Positions 1 through 10,747 are shown, numbered from the stretch's first letter. The stretch is 64,000 nt of DNA from Anaerolineae bacterium (GCA_016930015.1 JAFGHR010000121.1:11701-75700), one strand, 5' to 3'. Numbers and translations: made by a program. The notes: generated by a model from the letters alone, not told the origin.

Positions 1-1
1 G

Positions 2-2326
2 CGAGCGACAGCGGTGGAAGTAACGCTTGGCGCATTCACCGCCCTGCTGCATCTGTACGCAAATGATCCACAGCCCCGCGTCCTGGCGCGGGACGGCGCA
101 GGCGGCGGTTATCTTGGCTGGGCATTATCTGAACTCACGGGCAGCCTGGGCCGGACGCTGTCACTTGGCATATTCAGTGTGCTGTTCATCGCCGGATTAA
201 TCGTAAGCTCTGGCCTGCGCCGGTATCACCTCGTAACGGCCATTAACTGGCTAAACGTACAAATCCAAACGAGCATCGCGCGGCTTGAAGCGCTCTCATT
301 CGAACGGCAGCAGCCAGTCTTACGTGTGGATGCGCCGCTGCAAGCCGACGCCATAACTATGCCTGACATCTTGCCGGAAACCGACAAACCGGTTTCACAG
401 CCATACAGCCGGCCATCAATCGTGCCGCGTGACGATGTGCAACCCGATGAATCACCGTCACAAGCGCAGCCGGTCATCGCTGAGACAACACGACAACCTG
501 ATGCGCCCAAAAAACCGCGTGAAAGTTCATCCAGCCAGCATGCAACAGGTAAAACAACTATTCCCGCTCGCCGCCTGACCAAAGAGGAACGGTTAGAACT
601 TGTCGAGCAGACCCGGAAAACACTGGGCGCGGCAAACGGGCGAAGCCTGGTAGCCCCCGGCGAACCGGGCGAACGTGCATCAATTGTGCCGCGTGACTTT
701 TTGCCTGATGCACGTGGTGTCTCGTCTGCACCACAAGCGCGTGTGCGGCGGAAAGCCGATGACCCCATCGAGCGTTACTTTGCAGTTGATGACTTCCGCG
801 AAACAAAAAAGACCGGCAAGCGTGAAAACAGCTTACCGCCGCTGGAACTGCTGAGCGATATCGAACTTAACAAACCAACTGAAGAAGAGATCAACACCAA
901 CGCCAGAATCATCAAGAATACGCTGCTTGAGTTCGATGTCGATGTTGAAGTTGTTGATGTCAACGTCGGGCCGACCGTTACACAGTATGCTGTTTCACCC
1001 TATACAGAATCAGTTACCGAAGAGGGCGAAACCGTTTTACACCGGGTTCGCGTGGGCGAAATTGCCAGGCTAAGCGGCGATCTGGCTCTGGCGCTCTCAG
1101 CCAAACGCCTGCGTATCCAGGCGCCTGTACCGGGCACATCCTATGTTGGCGTTGAAGTGCCAAACCGCCAGCCTAGCACGGTTGCGCTGCGTCCAGTCCT
1201 GGAAACTGAACACTTTTACAAGAATCGAAAGCGCCCGCTAGCGCTGCCTTTGGGCCGTGATGTCTCCGGCGAACCATTCATCGCCGACCTGCAAACGATG
1301 CCCCATCTGCTCATTGCCGGAACAACCGGTTCGGGCAAGTCAATCATGCTGGCCGCGATGACTACGGCGATTGTCACCAACAATACACCCGACAAGGTTA
1401 AATTGATTCTGCTCGATCCCAAGATGGTAGAGCTCAGCCGTTTTAATGGCCTGCCACACCTGTTAGGGCCGGTTGAAACCGAACTGGACCGGATTATTGA
1501 GGTGCTCCGCTGGACCACGCGTGAAATGGACCTGCGTTATAAGCTGCTCGAAAAAGAAGCGGCCCGCAACCTCGAAATATATAACAAAAGCCTCGGACGG
1601 CGGCGAAAATCCGAACAACTGCCGTATATCGTGGTCATCATTGACGAGATCGGTGATCTGATGATGCAGCGTCCGGAAGAAACCGAACGTGCGCTGACAC
1701 GTTTGGCCCAGATGGCGCGTGCGGTGGGAATTCATTTGATGGTTGCGACACAACGGCCAAGCGTTGATGTTATCACCGGTCTGATCAAAGCAAACTTCCC
1801 GGCCCGCATTTCGTTTGCGGTCGCATCGGGCATTGACTCACGCGTGATCCTTGATGCCACCGGGGCCGAAACCCTCATGGGCCGTGGTGATATGCTTTTC
1901 CTGGCGCCTGATGCATCCGGTCCGCAGCGTGTTCAGGGCTGTTATATTTCGGACGAAGAAGTGAACGAGATCGTCACCTATTGGAAACAGTGGCACGCTG
2001 AAGAAATCGCCGAAAACCATAGCGAGCCTCTCCGCGTCGCCCCGTGGGAACGCGGCTTGACCCGGCGCGAAGTGCTGGCCGAAACCGATCCGATGCTGGA
2101 AGACGCGATAGCCCTGGTCATTGCCGAGGGTGAAGCGTCGGCATCCATGATACAGCGGCGGCTGGGCCTGGGATATCCGCGCGCTGCTCGCCTGATGGAC
2201 CTGATGCACGAGTTAGGTGTTGTTGGCAAAGCCCAACCAGGGGGGCGGACTCGTCAAGTGTTGGTTCGTCCCGGCCAGGATCCATTCAAAAAACTGGTTG
2301 AGCAGCGGCTGAAGAAAAGAAACTAA
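2..2326 (+). CDS. ftsK: DNA translocase FtsK/SpoIIIE, 5'-truncated by the window edge
   Basis: The frame is open from base 2. There are TM-like segments, a long Pro/charged linker, Walker A GTTGSGKS, Walker B VVIIDEIGDLMM and a C-terminal gamma winged helix SASMIQRRLGLGYPRAARLMDLM. Confidence 0.92.
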   Translation, partial: RATAVEVTLGAFTALLHLYANDPQPRVLARDGAGGGYLGWALSELTGSLGRTLSLGIFSVLFIAGLIVSSGLRRYHLVTAINWLNVQIQTSIARLEALSFERQQPVLRVDAPLQADAITMPDILPETDKPVSQPYSRPSIVPRDDVQPDESPSQAQPVIAETTRQPDAPKKPRESSSSQHATGKTTIPARRLTKEERLELVEQTRKTLGAANGRSLVAPGEPGERASIVPRDFLPDARGVSSAPQARVRRKADDPIERYFAVDDFRETKKTGKRENSLPPLELLSDIELNKPTEEEINTNARIIKNTLLEFDVDVEVVDVNVGPTVTQYAVSPYTESVTEEGETVLHRVRVGEIARLSGDLALALSAKRLRIQAPVPGTSYVGVEVPNRQPSTVALRPVLETEHFYKNRKRPLALPLGRDVSGEPFIADLQTMPHLLIAGTTGSGKSIMLAAMTTAIVTNNTPDKVKLILLDPKMVELSRFNGLPHLLGPVETELDRIIEVLRWTTREMDLRYKLLEKEAARNLEIYNKSLGRRRKSEQLPYIVVIIDEIGDLMMQRPEETERALTRLAQMARAVGIHLMVATQRPSVDVITGLIKANFPARISFAVASGIDSRVILDATGAETLMGRGDMLFLAPDASGPQRVQGCYISDEEVNEIVTYWKQWHAEEIAENHSEPLRVAPWERGLTRREVLAETDPMLEDAIALVIAEGEASASMIQRRLGLGYPRAARLMDLMHELGVVGKAQPGGRTRQVLVRPGQDPFKKLVEQRLKKRN

Positions 2327-2618
2327 CCCCTGCCAACTAATCCGGCACTGGAGTAGGGCGTGATACTGGTAGAGTCCAGCAAGACACCAGTCACGCCCTT
2401 ATTGACTATAGGCTGAACCAGGAAGATATATCTCCCGTTTGTTCGCCCATGCCGGGGATGGGATCATTATTTTTATGGCGCAGCCATTACCGCTAACAGC
2501 TTGCCGTGACAGACAGCACATCGACGGGCATATTGGGGCTAAATCTGTGTTTCCAGTATTGCTTTTTAGCGATTGAATCAGTAAGATACGCGACGCATCT
2601 GATACCAGGAGAGCGATT

Positions 2619-3302
2619 GTGTTACCAGCAATACGTATTGCCCCATCAATTTTGGCAGCGGACTTTACCCGGCTTGGTCAACACATCGCTGAGGCCGAAG
2701 CTGGCGGCGGCGATCAAATTCACATTGACGTCATGGACGGTCGTTTTGTACCCAATATCACGATGGGGCCGCTGGTAGTCCAGGCCGCCAGACGGGCTAC
2801 TGCACTGCCGTTGGATGTGCACTTGATGATCGTCGAGCCAGAACGCCATATCCCGGCCTTCATCGACGCAGGCGCCAGCAACATAACGGTACACGTCGAA
2901 GTATGCGCGCACCTGCACCGTGTGGTGCAGCAAATTCACCAGGCAGGAGCAGCCGCGTCAGTTGCACTTAATCCACACTCACCGGCCTGTCAAATAAAAG
3001 AAATTTTGCCTTTTGTAGATATGGTGCTGGTCATGACGGTCAATCCCGGCTTTGGTGGCCAGTCGTTCATCGACCAGATGTTATTAAAAATCAGGGAAAT
3101 TCGCGAGATGAGCCGCGCGCTGGGTAAGCCGCTTGACATCCAGGTTGATGGCGGCATTGATGCTCACACCGCTCAACAGGTCGTCGCCCACGGCGCTAAT
3201 GTGCTCGTTGTAGGTACCGCCGTCTTCGGTGCAGCGGAAGGTATCCAGGCCAGCATCGCGGCGATCAGAGCATCTGCTGAATCAGGCAAAGCAAAAACGT
3301 AA
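2619..3302 (+). CDS. rpe: ribulose-phosphate 3-epimerase
   Basis: GTG start after AGGAGAG. Motifs PSILAADF, HIDVMDGRFVPNIT and MTVNPGFGGQSF are present. Confidence 0.93.
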   Translation: MLPAIRIAPSILAADFTRLGQHIAEAEAGGGDQIHIDVMDGRFVPNITMGPLVVQAARRATALPLDVHLMIVEPERHIPAFIDAGASNITVHVEVCAHLHRVVQQIHQAGAAASVALNPHSPACQIKEILPFVDMVLVMTVNPGFGGQSFIDQMLLKIREIREMSRALGKPLDIQVDGGIDAHTAQQVVAHGANVLVVGTAVFGAAEGIQASIAAIRASAESGKAKT

Positions 3303-3360
3303 AGCCAGCAAATATGCTGGCTCAGATGGTGAAGGCAATGCAGTCACAGCAAAGCCAACG

Positions 3361-3552
3361 TTAGCGGAGTTTGTCGTTTTTGCTCATAGTTCGGATACAG
3401 CGAGCGCACAAATTTTTGGAAACCAAACGGCCATCTTCGATAACTTTCACGCGCTGAATATTGGGCTTGAACTGGCGTTTGGTCTTCCGGAATGAGTGGC
3501 TAATGTTGTGCCCAAACTGGGGTGATTTGCCACACATCTCGCACTTAGCCAT
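3361..3552 (-). CDS. rpmB: 50S ribosomal protein L28
   Basis: The internal start gives MAKCEMCGKSPQFGHNISHSFRKTKRQFKPNIQ, a typical L28. The ORF-track N-terminal extension is unlikely. Confidence 0.9.
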   Translation of the reverse strand: MAKCEMCGKSPQFGHNISHSFRKTKRQFKPNIQRVKVIEDGRLVSKNLCARCIRTMSKNDKLR

Positions 3553-3650
3553 GAGAATACCTCGCGAAGATCTGTTCAAATAAACGAACGTCATGCTACC
3601 ATAGAGCCAGACGTTATGCAAGGGTATATAAAACCATTACGGGTAACCAA

Positions 3651-4007
3651 ATGACAACCAATGAAACCCCACGCGGCACAATTGAAATATCGCCCATCGC
3701 TATTGCGACATTGGTAAGTCACGCCGTGTTGCAAACGTACGGCGTGGTTGGCATGGCATCGCCAAATCTGGCGTCCGATATCGCCGCCAGTCTAACCCGT
3801 GACGTCAAACGAGGCATTGAAGTGCATCAACAAGATTCACAGATCGTCATTGATATCTATGTTACTATCGAGTACGGAACGCGCATTGCCTCTGTAGCCA
3901 ACAGTTTGATCAACGGGGTGCGATATACCGTCGAACAGAGCATCGGCGTGCCTGTGAGCCAGGTAAACGTTCACGTTCAAGGTCTACGAGTTAGTCGAAC
4001 CGATTGA
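3651..4007 (+). CDS. Asp23/Gls24 family envelope stress protein
   Basis: A 118-aa protein in the conserved position between rpmB and the DAK2 gene, with an Asp23-like sequence (GTIEISPIAIATLVSHAVLQTYGVVGM). Confidence 0.8.
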   Translation: MTTNETPRGTIEISPIAIATLVSHAVLQTYGVVGMASPNLASDIAASLTRDVKRGIEVHQQDSQIVIDIYVTIEYGTRIASVANSLINGVRYTVEQSIGVPVSQVNVHVQGLRVSRTD

Positions 4008-4023
4008 AAGCGCAATAGTCCAC

Positions 4024-5718
4024 ATGGCCGAACACTCATCTCAACCAAAACCGGAGCATATCGCCTGCGATGGCCACACATTGCTGCGTCTGGTACAGGT
4101 AGGGTGCGACTGGCTCGACCAGCACCATACCATCGTCAACCAGCTTAACGTGTTTCCAGTGCCCGATGGTGATACTGGAACCAATATGTTGATGACCATG
4201 CGCAACGCTGCCAGAGAAGCGCAGCAAAACGCAAGTAACCACATCGGGCAAATAGCCGCCGCCGTCGCCAACGGGGCGATGATGGGTTCACGGGGCAACT
4301 CAGGAACCATTCTGTCACAGTTGTGGCAAGGTTTCGCGCATGCCCTCAGAGACCAGTCAACGCTTAATGCAGAACTGCTGGTCAAGGGCCTGCGCCAGGC
4401 ATCTGATACCGCTTATCGCGGCGTGATCAAACCGGTTGAAGGTACGATTCTCACCGTGGCTCGCGAAGCCGCTGAAGAAGCTGAACTGGCATTTGAAGAC
4501 ACACAAAACATGGTGCTGATTCTCGAACGCGTGGTCCTGCGTGCCAAAGATGCTTTGTCGCGTACCCCTGAAATGCTGCCGATCCTGCAAAAGGCGGGAG
4601 TGGTCGATTCGGGCGGAAGTGGTCTGACGTACATATTCGAAGGCATGTTGAAATACGTTCGAGGCGAAGCCGTTGATGTGACTTCCATCGAAGTCGGGCC
4701 AGTCGAGGACCTCGCCTTCGTCCTGGAACCAGAGGATGAGCTTGGTTATGGTTATGATGTTCAGTTCATTCTCAAAGGGGAGAGCTTGAACGTCGATGTT
4801 GTTCGCTCCGCGATTGATGCGATGGGATGGTCAACGGTTGTCGTTGGGAACGAAAACGTGATCAAAGTTCATGTTCACGTACACGATCCGGGCATTCCCC
4901 TCAGTTATGGCATCAGCCTGGGAGCCATCGCCGATATTGTTGTCGAAAACATGCAAGAACAATATCACGACTATGTGCGCGAGCGTACCGAACAGCCGGC
5001 AGCCTTCGATGAACCAGAAACGCAGTTCGCTACAGCATTTGGTATGGAACTACAGGAAAATGACGTTGGCGTTGTGGCCGTTGCCGCCGGTGAGGGATTG
5101 GCCCGCGTTTTTCAGCAGTTAGGTGCAGCGCAGCTCGTGATGGGCGGCCAGACGAATAATCCCAGCACACAGGAGCTTCTAGAAGCTATCCAACGTGTAC
5201 CAACACGCAACGTGATCCTCCTGCCAAACAACAAAAACATCTTTCTGGCAGCAGAACAGGCGGCACGTCTTGCCAAAAAACAGGATGTTGTTGTGATCCC
5301 CACCCGCACCATGCCCCAGGGAATCAGTGCCCTGCTGCCGTATGATCCGCAAGGCGAGCTTCAACAAGTCGCCGCTGCAATGACAGAGGCCAAAGACCAC
5401 GTCATTACCGGTGAGATCACCACCGCCACCCGCAGTGTTGAATTAGACGGCGTTGACGTGTCACAGGGACAAATCATCGGGCTGATCGATGGCAAACTGG
5501 CTATTTCGGGTGACAGTCTCGAACACGTTATGCGGGACGTGTTGGAAACAATCCGTATCACCGAACACGAATTAATCACGTTGTACTACGGCGTTGAGGT
5601 CAATCAGGCCGATGCTGAAGCATTGGCCGCAGACCTGCGCGAGGAATATCCAGAACAAGAATTTGAACTGGTTTTCGGTGGCCAGGCACACTATGATTAC
5701 ATCTTGAGCTCCGAATAA
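4024..5718 (+). CDS. DAK2-domain protein, fatty acid kinase FakA/YloV-like
   Basis: N-terminal DhaL/DAK2 motifs (DGDTGTNM, GNSG). The ~560 aa size and the position next to DegV genes match Firmicute yloV/fakA. Confidence 0.85.
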   Translation: MAEHSSQPKPEHIACDGHTLLRLVQVGCDWLDQHHTIVNQLNVFPVPDGDTGTNMLMTMRNAAREAQQNASNHIGQIAAAVANGAMMGSRGNSGTILSQLWQGFAHALRDQSTLNAELLVKGLRQASDTAYRGVIKPVEGTILTVAREAAEEAELAFEDTQNMVLILERVVLRAKDALSRTPEMLPILQKAGVVDSGGSGLTYIFEGMLKYVRGEAVDVTSIEVGPVEDLAFVLEPEDELGYGYDVQFILKGESLNVDVVRSAIDAMGWSTVVVGNENVIKVHVHVHDPGIPLSYGISLGAIADIVVENMQEQYHDYVRERTEQPAAFDEPETQFATAFGMELQENDVGVVAVAAGEGLARVFQQLGAAQLVMGGQTNNPSTQELLEAIQRVPTRNVILLPNNKNIFLAAEQAARLAKKQDVVVIPTRTMPQGISALLPYDPQGELQQVAAAMTEAKDHVITGEITTATRSVELDGVDVSQGQIIGLIDGKLAISGDSLEHVMRDVLETIRITEHELITLYYGVEVNQADAEALAADLREEYPEQEFELVFGGQAHYDYILSSE

Positions 5719-5771
5719 CGGAAACACGGAAACCCATACCATAGGGCACCGCACAGCGGAGGTAAATCCAT

Positions 5772-6641
5772 TTGGGTAAGGTTCGTATCGTTACAGACAG
5801 CTCAGCCCATTTTTTAAGCCCAGATATTCTTGACCGATACGATATACAGGTAGTTCCGCAGACGATTCAACTCGGTTCTCGACAGTTTCGAGAAGGGGTT
5901 GATCTCGATGCAGAAGCTTTCTTCCGCCTGGCCGGTCAAGGACTATCGCCGATCAAACTATCGGCTCCGCCGGTGGACGAATTCGCTGTGCTGTACAGCC
6001 GCCTGAATCGTGAAACCGATCAAATATTGTCGCTGCATATGTCGCGCTACATGAGCAAAACATGGGATCACGCGCACGCAGCGTCAAAAACGTTGTTGGG
6101 ACGCTGTGAGATCATCGCTATCGATTCAATGACAACCTCTGTTGGCCTGGCCATGTTGGTCGAGGCCGCCGCCATAACCGCCGAACAAAACGCCAGCCTG
6201 GAAGAAGTTGTCCGTATTGTTCGTGGCATGCTGCCACACATCTACATGGTTTTTTTCGTAAACACCCTGGACTTCCTTCGAAAAAATGGCCTGCTCAGCC
6301 AGGCGCAATCCATTCTGGGAACCATGTTAGACATCAAGCCGTTTCTGACCATCGAAGAGGGCGAACTCATCACCATGGAAAAGGTGCGCACCCAGATACA
6401 GGCTATCGACAAGCTTGTCGAATTTGTAGCTGAGTTTTCGACTATCGATGATCTGGTCATCCTGCAAAATGCCCCATTCCCTACCGATCAGACCCGTATG
6501 CTTCAGGATCGGCTGTCGGTTGAGTTTCCCAGCCGCACATTTCCATTGATGATGTACGGCCCCAGCCTGGCAACAATGGTTGGCCTGGATGGCATGGGAA
6601 TCGTGGTACGAGAGGGGCTGGAGGCGGAGGACGAGTTTTGA
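5772..6641 (+). CDS. DegV family fatty-acid-binding protein (FakB-like)
   Basis: TTG start after GGAGGT. The DegV N-terminus VRIVTDSSAHF is present and the length is ~290 aa. Confidence 0.85.
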   Translation: MGKVRIVTDSSAHFLSPDILDRYDIQVVPQTIQLGSRQFREGVDLDAEAFFRLAGQGLSPIKLSAPPVDEFAVLYSRLNRETDQILSLHMSRYMSKTWDHAHAASKTLLGRCEIIAIDSMTTSVGLAMLVEAAAITAEQNASLEEVVRIVRGMLPHIYMVFFVNTLDFLRKNGLLSQAQSILGTMLDIKPFLTIEEGELITMEKVRTQIQAIDKLVEFVAEFSTIDDLVILQNAPFPTDQTRMLQDRLSVEFPSRTFPLMMYGPSLATMVGLDGMGIVVREGLEAEDEF

Positions 6642-7498
6642 TGTCGCGTACAGTGATCATAGCGGACAGCACGTGTGATCTGCCATCGGATTGGGTGCGA
6701 CAACTCGATGTACGAATTGTGCCGACCTATGTCAACTTCGGTACCGAAAGCCTCGCCGACGACGGTGTAGAACTCACCCGGAACGCATTTTATACCCGCC
6801 TGGTGTCATCAACCGACTTGCCGACAACCGCTGCACCATCCCTTGGATTAACGCGACAGATCATGAAACAGGCGCTCCAAGATGCCGACCTCGTGATCGG
6901 GATCACGGCTCCAGCCAAATTGAGCGGCATTTATAATACATTTCGACTGGTCGCCGAACAAACCGATCCGTCACGTGTTACGCTCATCGACAGCGGCATG
7001 CTCTCGATGGGCATGGGGTGGCAGATCATCGCTGCAAACGAAATGCTTGCTCAAGGACTGGGTCCAACCGAGATCAAAACCCGGTTGGAGGCCATGCAGC
7101 CGTACATCAATGTTTGGGCCGCATTGGATACAATGGTATACCTGCGACGCAGCGGGCGCGTTGGCTGGGCAGCCGCATTTGTGGGTGATCTTCTGCAGAT
7201 CAAACCACTGATTCATCTACAAAAAAGTGTGATCAGCTCGGTCACCCGCGTGCGAACATCTCAGCGGGCATTCGATAAGCTGGTAGAATTAGCACAACAG
7301 GCAGCGCCACTTGAGCGCCTGGCGGTGCTTCACACAAATAACCTTGACAAAGCTTACCGGCTGACCGACGCGCTGCACGACATTCGGCCAGATGCATCAT
7401 CAAGCCGCTACAATTTCGCTATTGTAGACGTCACGCCCGTTATTGGCGTTCATGTCGGCCCAAATGGTTTAGGGCTGGCTTTGGTACGTCAGAATTGA
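6638..7498 (+). CDS. DegV family fatty-acid-binding protein (FakB-like), second paralog
   Basis: The ATGA start overlaps the stop of the previous degV. The N-terminus is VIIADSTCDLP. Confidence 0.85.
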   Translation: MMSRTVIIADSTCDLPSDWVRQLDVRIVPTYVNFGTESLADDGVELTRNAFYTRLVSSTDLPTTAAPSLGLTRQIMKQALQDADLVIGITAPAKLSGIYNTFRLVAEQTDPSRVTLIDSGMLSMGMGWQIIAANEMLAQGLGPTEIKTRLEAMQPYINVWAALDTMVYLRRSGRVGWAAAFVGDLLQIKPLIHLQKSVISSVTRVRTSQRAFDKLVELAQQAAPLERLAVLHTNNLDKAYRLTDALHDIRPDASSSRYNFAIVDVTPVIGVHVGPNGLGLALVRQN

Positions 7499-7512
7499 AA
7501 CAGGGACTTTTT

Positions 7513-10146
7513 ATGCCTTCGGCGTTGGAAACTTTGATAAAAATCCTAAAGCTCGAACAGAATACCGATTACAAAAACACAGCCGTGATCGGGGGTCTGG
7601 AATCTTTTGCTGATAATTGGGCAGCAGACGCACACACTCAAGCTAAACGGCCTGAACATCACCAACTGATCGATGAACTTCGCAGCCAGATGTACCAGTA
7701 TCCAGCGATGGATACCAAAGCAGCCCGGCACGAGTCAGTGAAATATATGATAGGCCGGATCATGGGTCGTATCCCGACCCCTCCGAACCTGCCGCCGTCG
7801 GATTACATACCCCCGGTGGAAAGCGCACCGCCTGAGCCGGTCGAACCGGAGCCGGAAACGGTTGACAGCCATGCTGACGACGAAGCAGGCAGCGATTCAG
7901 AGCGCGCTGCGGCGCCGGAACAAACACAATACGACACCATCGCACCGGTTGATGAAGGTGTAACAGCCGCGCCTGCCCGTGTTCTAGATGATGCAGCGGA
8001 CGTTCCGCGGGTGCTGCCCGCCACAAACCCACCACGACGACCTCACCGGCCTGCGCTGTCTGAAGAAGAAAAGGCTGAACGCCAACAAGCCTTACAGGCA
8101 CCGATCACGGTGTTGAATAAGGTTGGGGACAAAATGGCGGAAAAACTGTCCAGGCTGGGTATCACTACCATCAACGATATGCTGGTCGCATTCCCGCGCC
8201 GGTACGACGATTACACACGCATGTGTACACTTAGCCAACTGCGTCCCGGCGAGATCGCGACTGTCATCGCCGCGGTACATTCAGTTGCCAAACGGCAAGG
8301 CCAGGGTGGTCGTTCTTATCTGTCGGTAACAGTCAGCGATGACACCAGCCTGTTACAAGTGACGTTCTTCGGCCAACCATGGCTTCAACGCCAGTTCAAA
8401 CAGGGCGGCCAGGTCGTCCTGAGCGGCAAGGTCGAATTGTTCCGGGGGCAGTTGATGATGACAAACCCGGAATGGGAAATGCTGGAACGGGAGAACCTTC
8501 ATACACGCCGTATCGTTCCCGTCTACCCGCTAACGAAGGGGTTATCAGCACGAACCATGCGCCGTCTTGTTCGTCAGACGCTTGATTATGCTCACAAATT
8601 CATCGTTGATTTTATGCCGCAAAGCGTTTTGGACCGTGCGAACCTGGCCGACCTCAGTTGGGCTATCCAACAGATCCATTTCCCTGAATCGTACGATTAC
8701 CTATCACATGCCCGGACGCGATTGAGCTTTAACGAACTGTTTGTTTTCCAGATGGGCATGATGTCCAAACGCCGCGAATGGCAGGAACTCCCCGGCCAAC
8801 CGCTGCACGTAGATGACGAGTGGCTGGCTTCTTTCCTGAGCAGCCTGCCATACCAGCTCACCGGCACTCAAAACCGCGCACTGAACGATATCCGGGCCGA
8901 TATGGAGCGCGAAATCCCGATGAACCGCCTTCTACAGGGTGACGTGGGCTCAGGTAAAACGATTGTGGCCGCCGCCGCCTTAGCAATGGCTGCACATCAC
9001 GGCAAACAGGCCGTTTTAATGGCCCCCACCAGCATTCTGGCTGAACAACATGCGCGCAGCATACGCCATATTTTCAGCCAGTGGTCCGGCGGCGAACACG
9101 TACAGATACGCCTCCTGACCGGAAACACAACGGAACCAGAGCGGCAGGAAATCTACGCCGGGTTAGCTGATGGCTCAGTCCATATCGTTATCGGCACACA
9201 CGCGGTAATCCAGGAATCGGTTACGTTTCACGATCTCGCATTGGCCGTTATTGACGAACAGCACCGGTTTGGTGTTGAGCAACGTGGTGTACTGCGGGGT
9301 AAAGGAACAAATCCGCACGTGTTGGTCATGACCGCCACGCCGATTCCTCGCACGTTGGCACTCACACTTTATGCCGACCTGGACTTGAGCATTATCGATG
9401 AAATGCCACCAGGCCGCACCCCGGTACAAACGGGTATTCTGACACCCGTGGAACGCGAACGGGCCTACGGTTTTATCCAATCCCAACTCGAAAAAGAACG
9501 CCAGGCGTTTATCGTGTATCCGCTCGTAGAGGCGTCGGAAAAATCGGAAGAACTGGGGGCAGCCGTGGATGAATACGAGCGCCTCAAAAAGCAGGTGTTC
9601 GTACACCAACGCATCGGGCTGCTGCATGGTCGTCTGAGACCCGCTGAAAAAGACGCGATCATGTCATCGTTTGCCGCGGGAGAAATCGACATTTTGGTTT
9701 CGACATCTGTCATAGAAGTTGGGATCGATGTCCCCAATGCCAGTGTGATCCTGATCGAAAATGCCGAACGATTTGGTTTGGCCCAACTCCACCAGTTCCG
9801 AGGCCGTGTTGGGCGTGGCGATCACGCGTCGTTTTGCCTGCTGCTGGCCGGTAGCACGAGCGCCGAATCGAAACAACGGCTGGCCGCCATGGAAGACACA
9901 ACAGATGGGTTCAAGCTGGCCGAAATTGACTGGGAAATGCGCGGGCCAGGTGATTTACTCGGTGTCCGGCAGAGCGGTATGCATCAATTCCGGCTGGCCG
10001 AGTTGATGACCCCACGCCTGGTTGAACTGTCACAGCGTGAAGCACGCACGCTCTACGCTGAAGACTCACACCTGGTGCAGCCGGAACACCAGGATTTAGC
10101 CCACCAGGTTCAACACATGCTAACCCAACGTGCCGATGTGAGCTAA
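7513..10146 (+). CDS. recG: ATP-dependent DNA helicase RecG with a ~200-aa N-terminal extension
   Basis: Helicase motifs are GDVGSGKT, DEQHRFG, TATPIPRT and QLHQFRGRVGRG. The canonical RecG N-terminus (GVG..L..LGI.T..D.L..FPRRY) begins only near nt 8100. An alternative TTG start lies at 7495. Confidence 0.9.
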   Translation: MPSALETLIKILKLEQNTDYKNTAVIGGLESFADNWAADAHTQAKRPEHHQLIDELRSQMYQYPAMDTKAARHESVKYMIGRIMGRIPTPPNLPPSDYIPPVESAPPEPVEPEPETVDSHADDEAGSDSERAAAPEQTQYDTIAPVDEGVTAAPARVLDDAADVPRVLPATNPPRRPHRPALSEEEKAERQQALQAPITVLNKVGDKMAEKLSRLGITTINDMLVAFPRRYDDYTRMCTLSQLRPGEIATVIAAVHSVAKRQGQGGRSYLSVTVSDDTSLLQVTFFGQPWLQRQFKQGGQVVLSGKVELFRGQLMMTNPEWEMLERENLHTRRIVPVYPLTKGLSARTMRRLVRQTLDYAHKFIVDFMPQSVLDRANLADLSWAIQQIHFPESYDYLSHARTRLSFNELFVFQMGMMSKRREWQELPGQPLHVDDEWLASFLSSLPYQLTGTQNRALNDIRADMEREIPMNRLLQGDVGSGKTIVAAAALAMAAHHGKQAVLMAPTSILAEQHARSIRHIFSQWSGGEHVQIRLLTGNTTEPERQEIYAGLADGSVHIVIGTHAVIQESVTFHDLALAVIDEQHRFGVEQRGVLRGKGTNPHVLVMTATPIPRTLALTLYADLDLSIIDEMPPGRTPVQTGILTPVERERAYGFIQSQLEKERQAFIVYPLVEASEKSEELGAAVDEYERLKKQVFVHQRIGLLHGRLRPAEKDAIMSSFAAGEIDILVSTSVIEVGIDVPNASVILIENAERFGLAQLHQFRGRVGRGDHASFCLLLAGSTSAESKQRLAAMEDTTDGFKLAEIDWEMRGPGDLLGVRQSGMHQFRLAELMTPRLVELSQREARTLYAEDSHLVQPEHQDLAHQVQHMLTQRADVS

Positions 10147-10210
10147 CGAATGTTTATCCAAGGGACCACAAACACCGTCCCAATGCTATTGTAGAAAGTG
10201 ACTCAACCAT

Positions 10211-10747
10211 TTGAATACCATCAAACGAGCCATCTATCCCGGATCATTTAACCCGATTCACTATGGTCATATGGACATTGCCCGGCGGGCGCTGAGGCTG
10301 TTTGACGAAGTTTTGGTGGCAATCTATGTGAATCCCGGCAAACCCGATTTATTTTCCGTCGAAGAACGCATCCAGCTTGTAAAAGAGTCATTCAAAAATG
10401 AAACCAGGCTCCAAGTTGCGTCATATAACGAATTAACTGTAAACTATGCGCGGGCGATGAATGCCTATGCAATTGTGCGCGGACTCCGGGTTTTTTCTGA
10501 TTTTGAGTTGGAGTTTCGCATGGCGCTGGCCAATCGACGGCTGGCACCTGACATCGAAATCGTAAACTTCATCGCCGCGGAACAGCATTTGCATATCAGC
10601 TCCAGCACAATACGTGAGATCGCTTCGCTGGGTGGAGATGTATCATCCATGGCGCCGCCGCATGTGGTTAACGCGCTCAACCGGCGGTTTGCAGAGCTAA
10701 AAGCACAGGGTACAAATTCTTCGTTTATGGTAAGCCTGGAGGATTAG
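10211..10747 (+). CDS. coaD: phosphopantetheine adenylyltransferase
   Basis: IYPGSFNPIHYGHMDI (T/HxGH motif) and SSSTIRE are present. A TTG start is implied. Confidence 0.88.
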   Translation: MNTIKRAIYPGSFNPIHYGHMDIARRALRLFDEVLVAIYVNPGKPDLFSVEERIQLVKESFKNETRLQVASYNELTVNYARAMNAYAIVRGLRVFSDFELEFRMALANRRLAPDIEIVNFIAAEQHLHISSSTIREIASLGGDVSSMAPPHVVNALNRRFAELKAQGTNSSFMVSLED

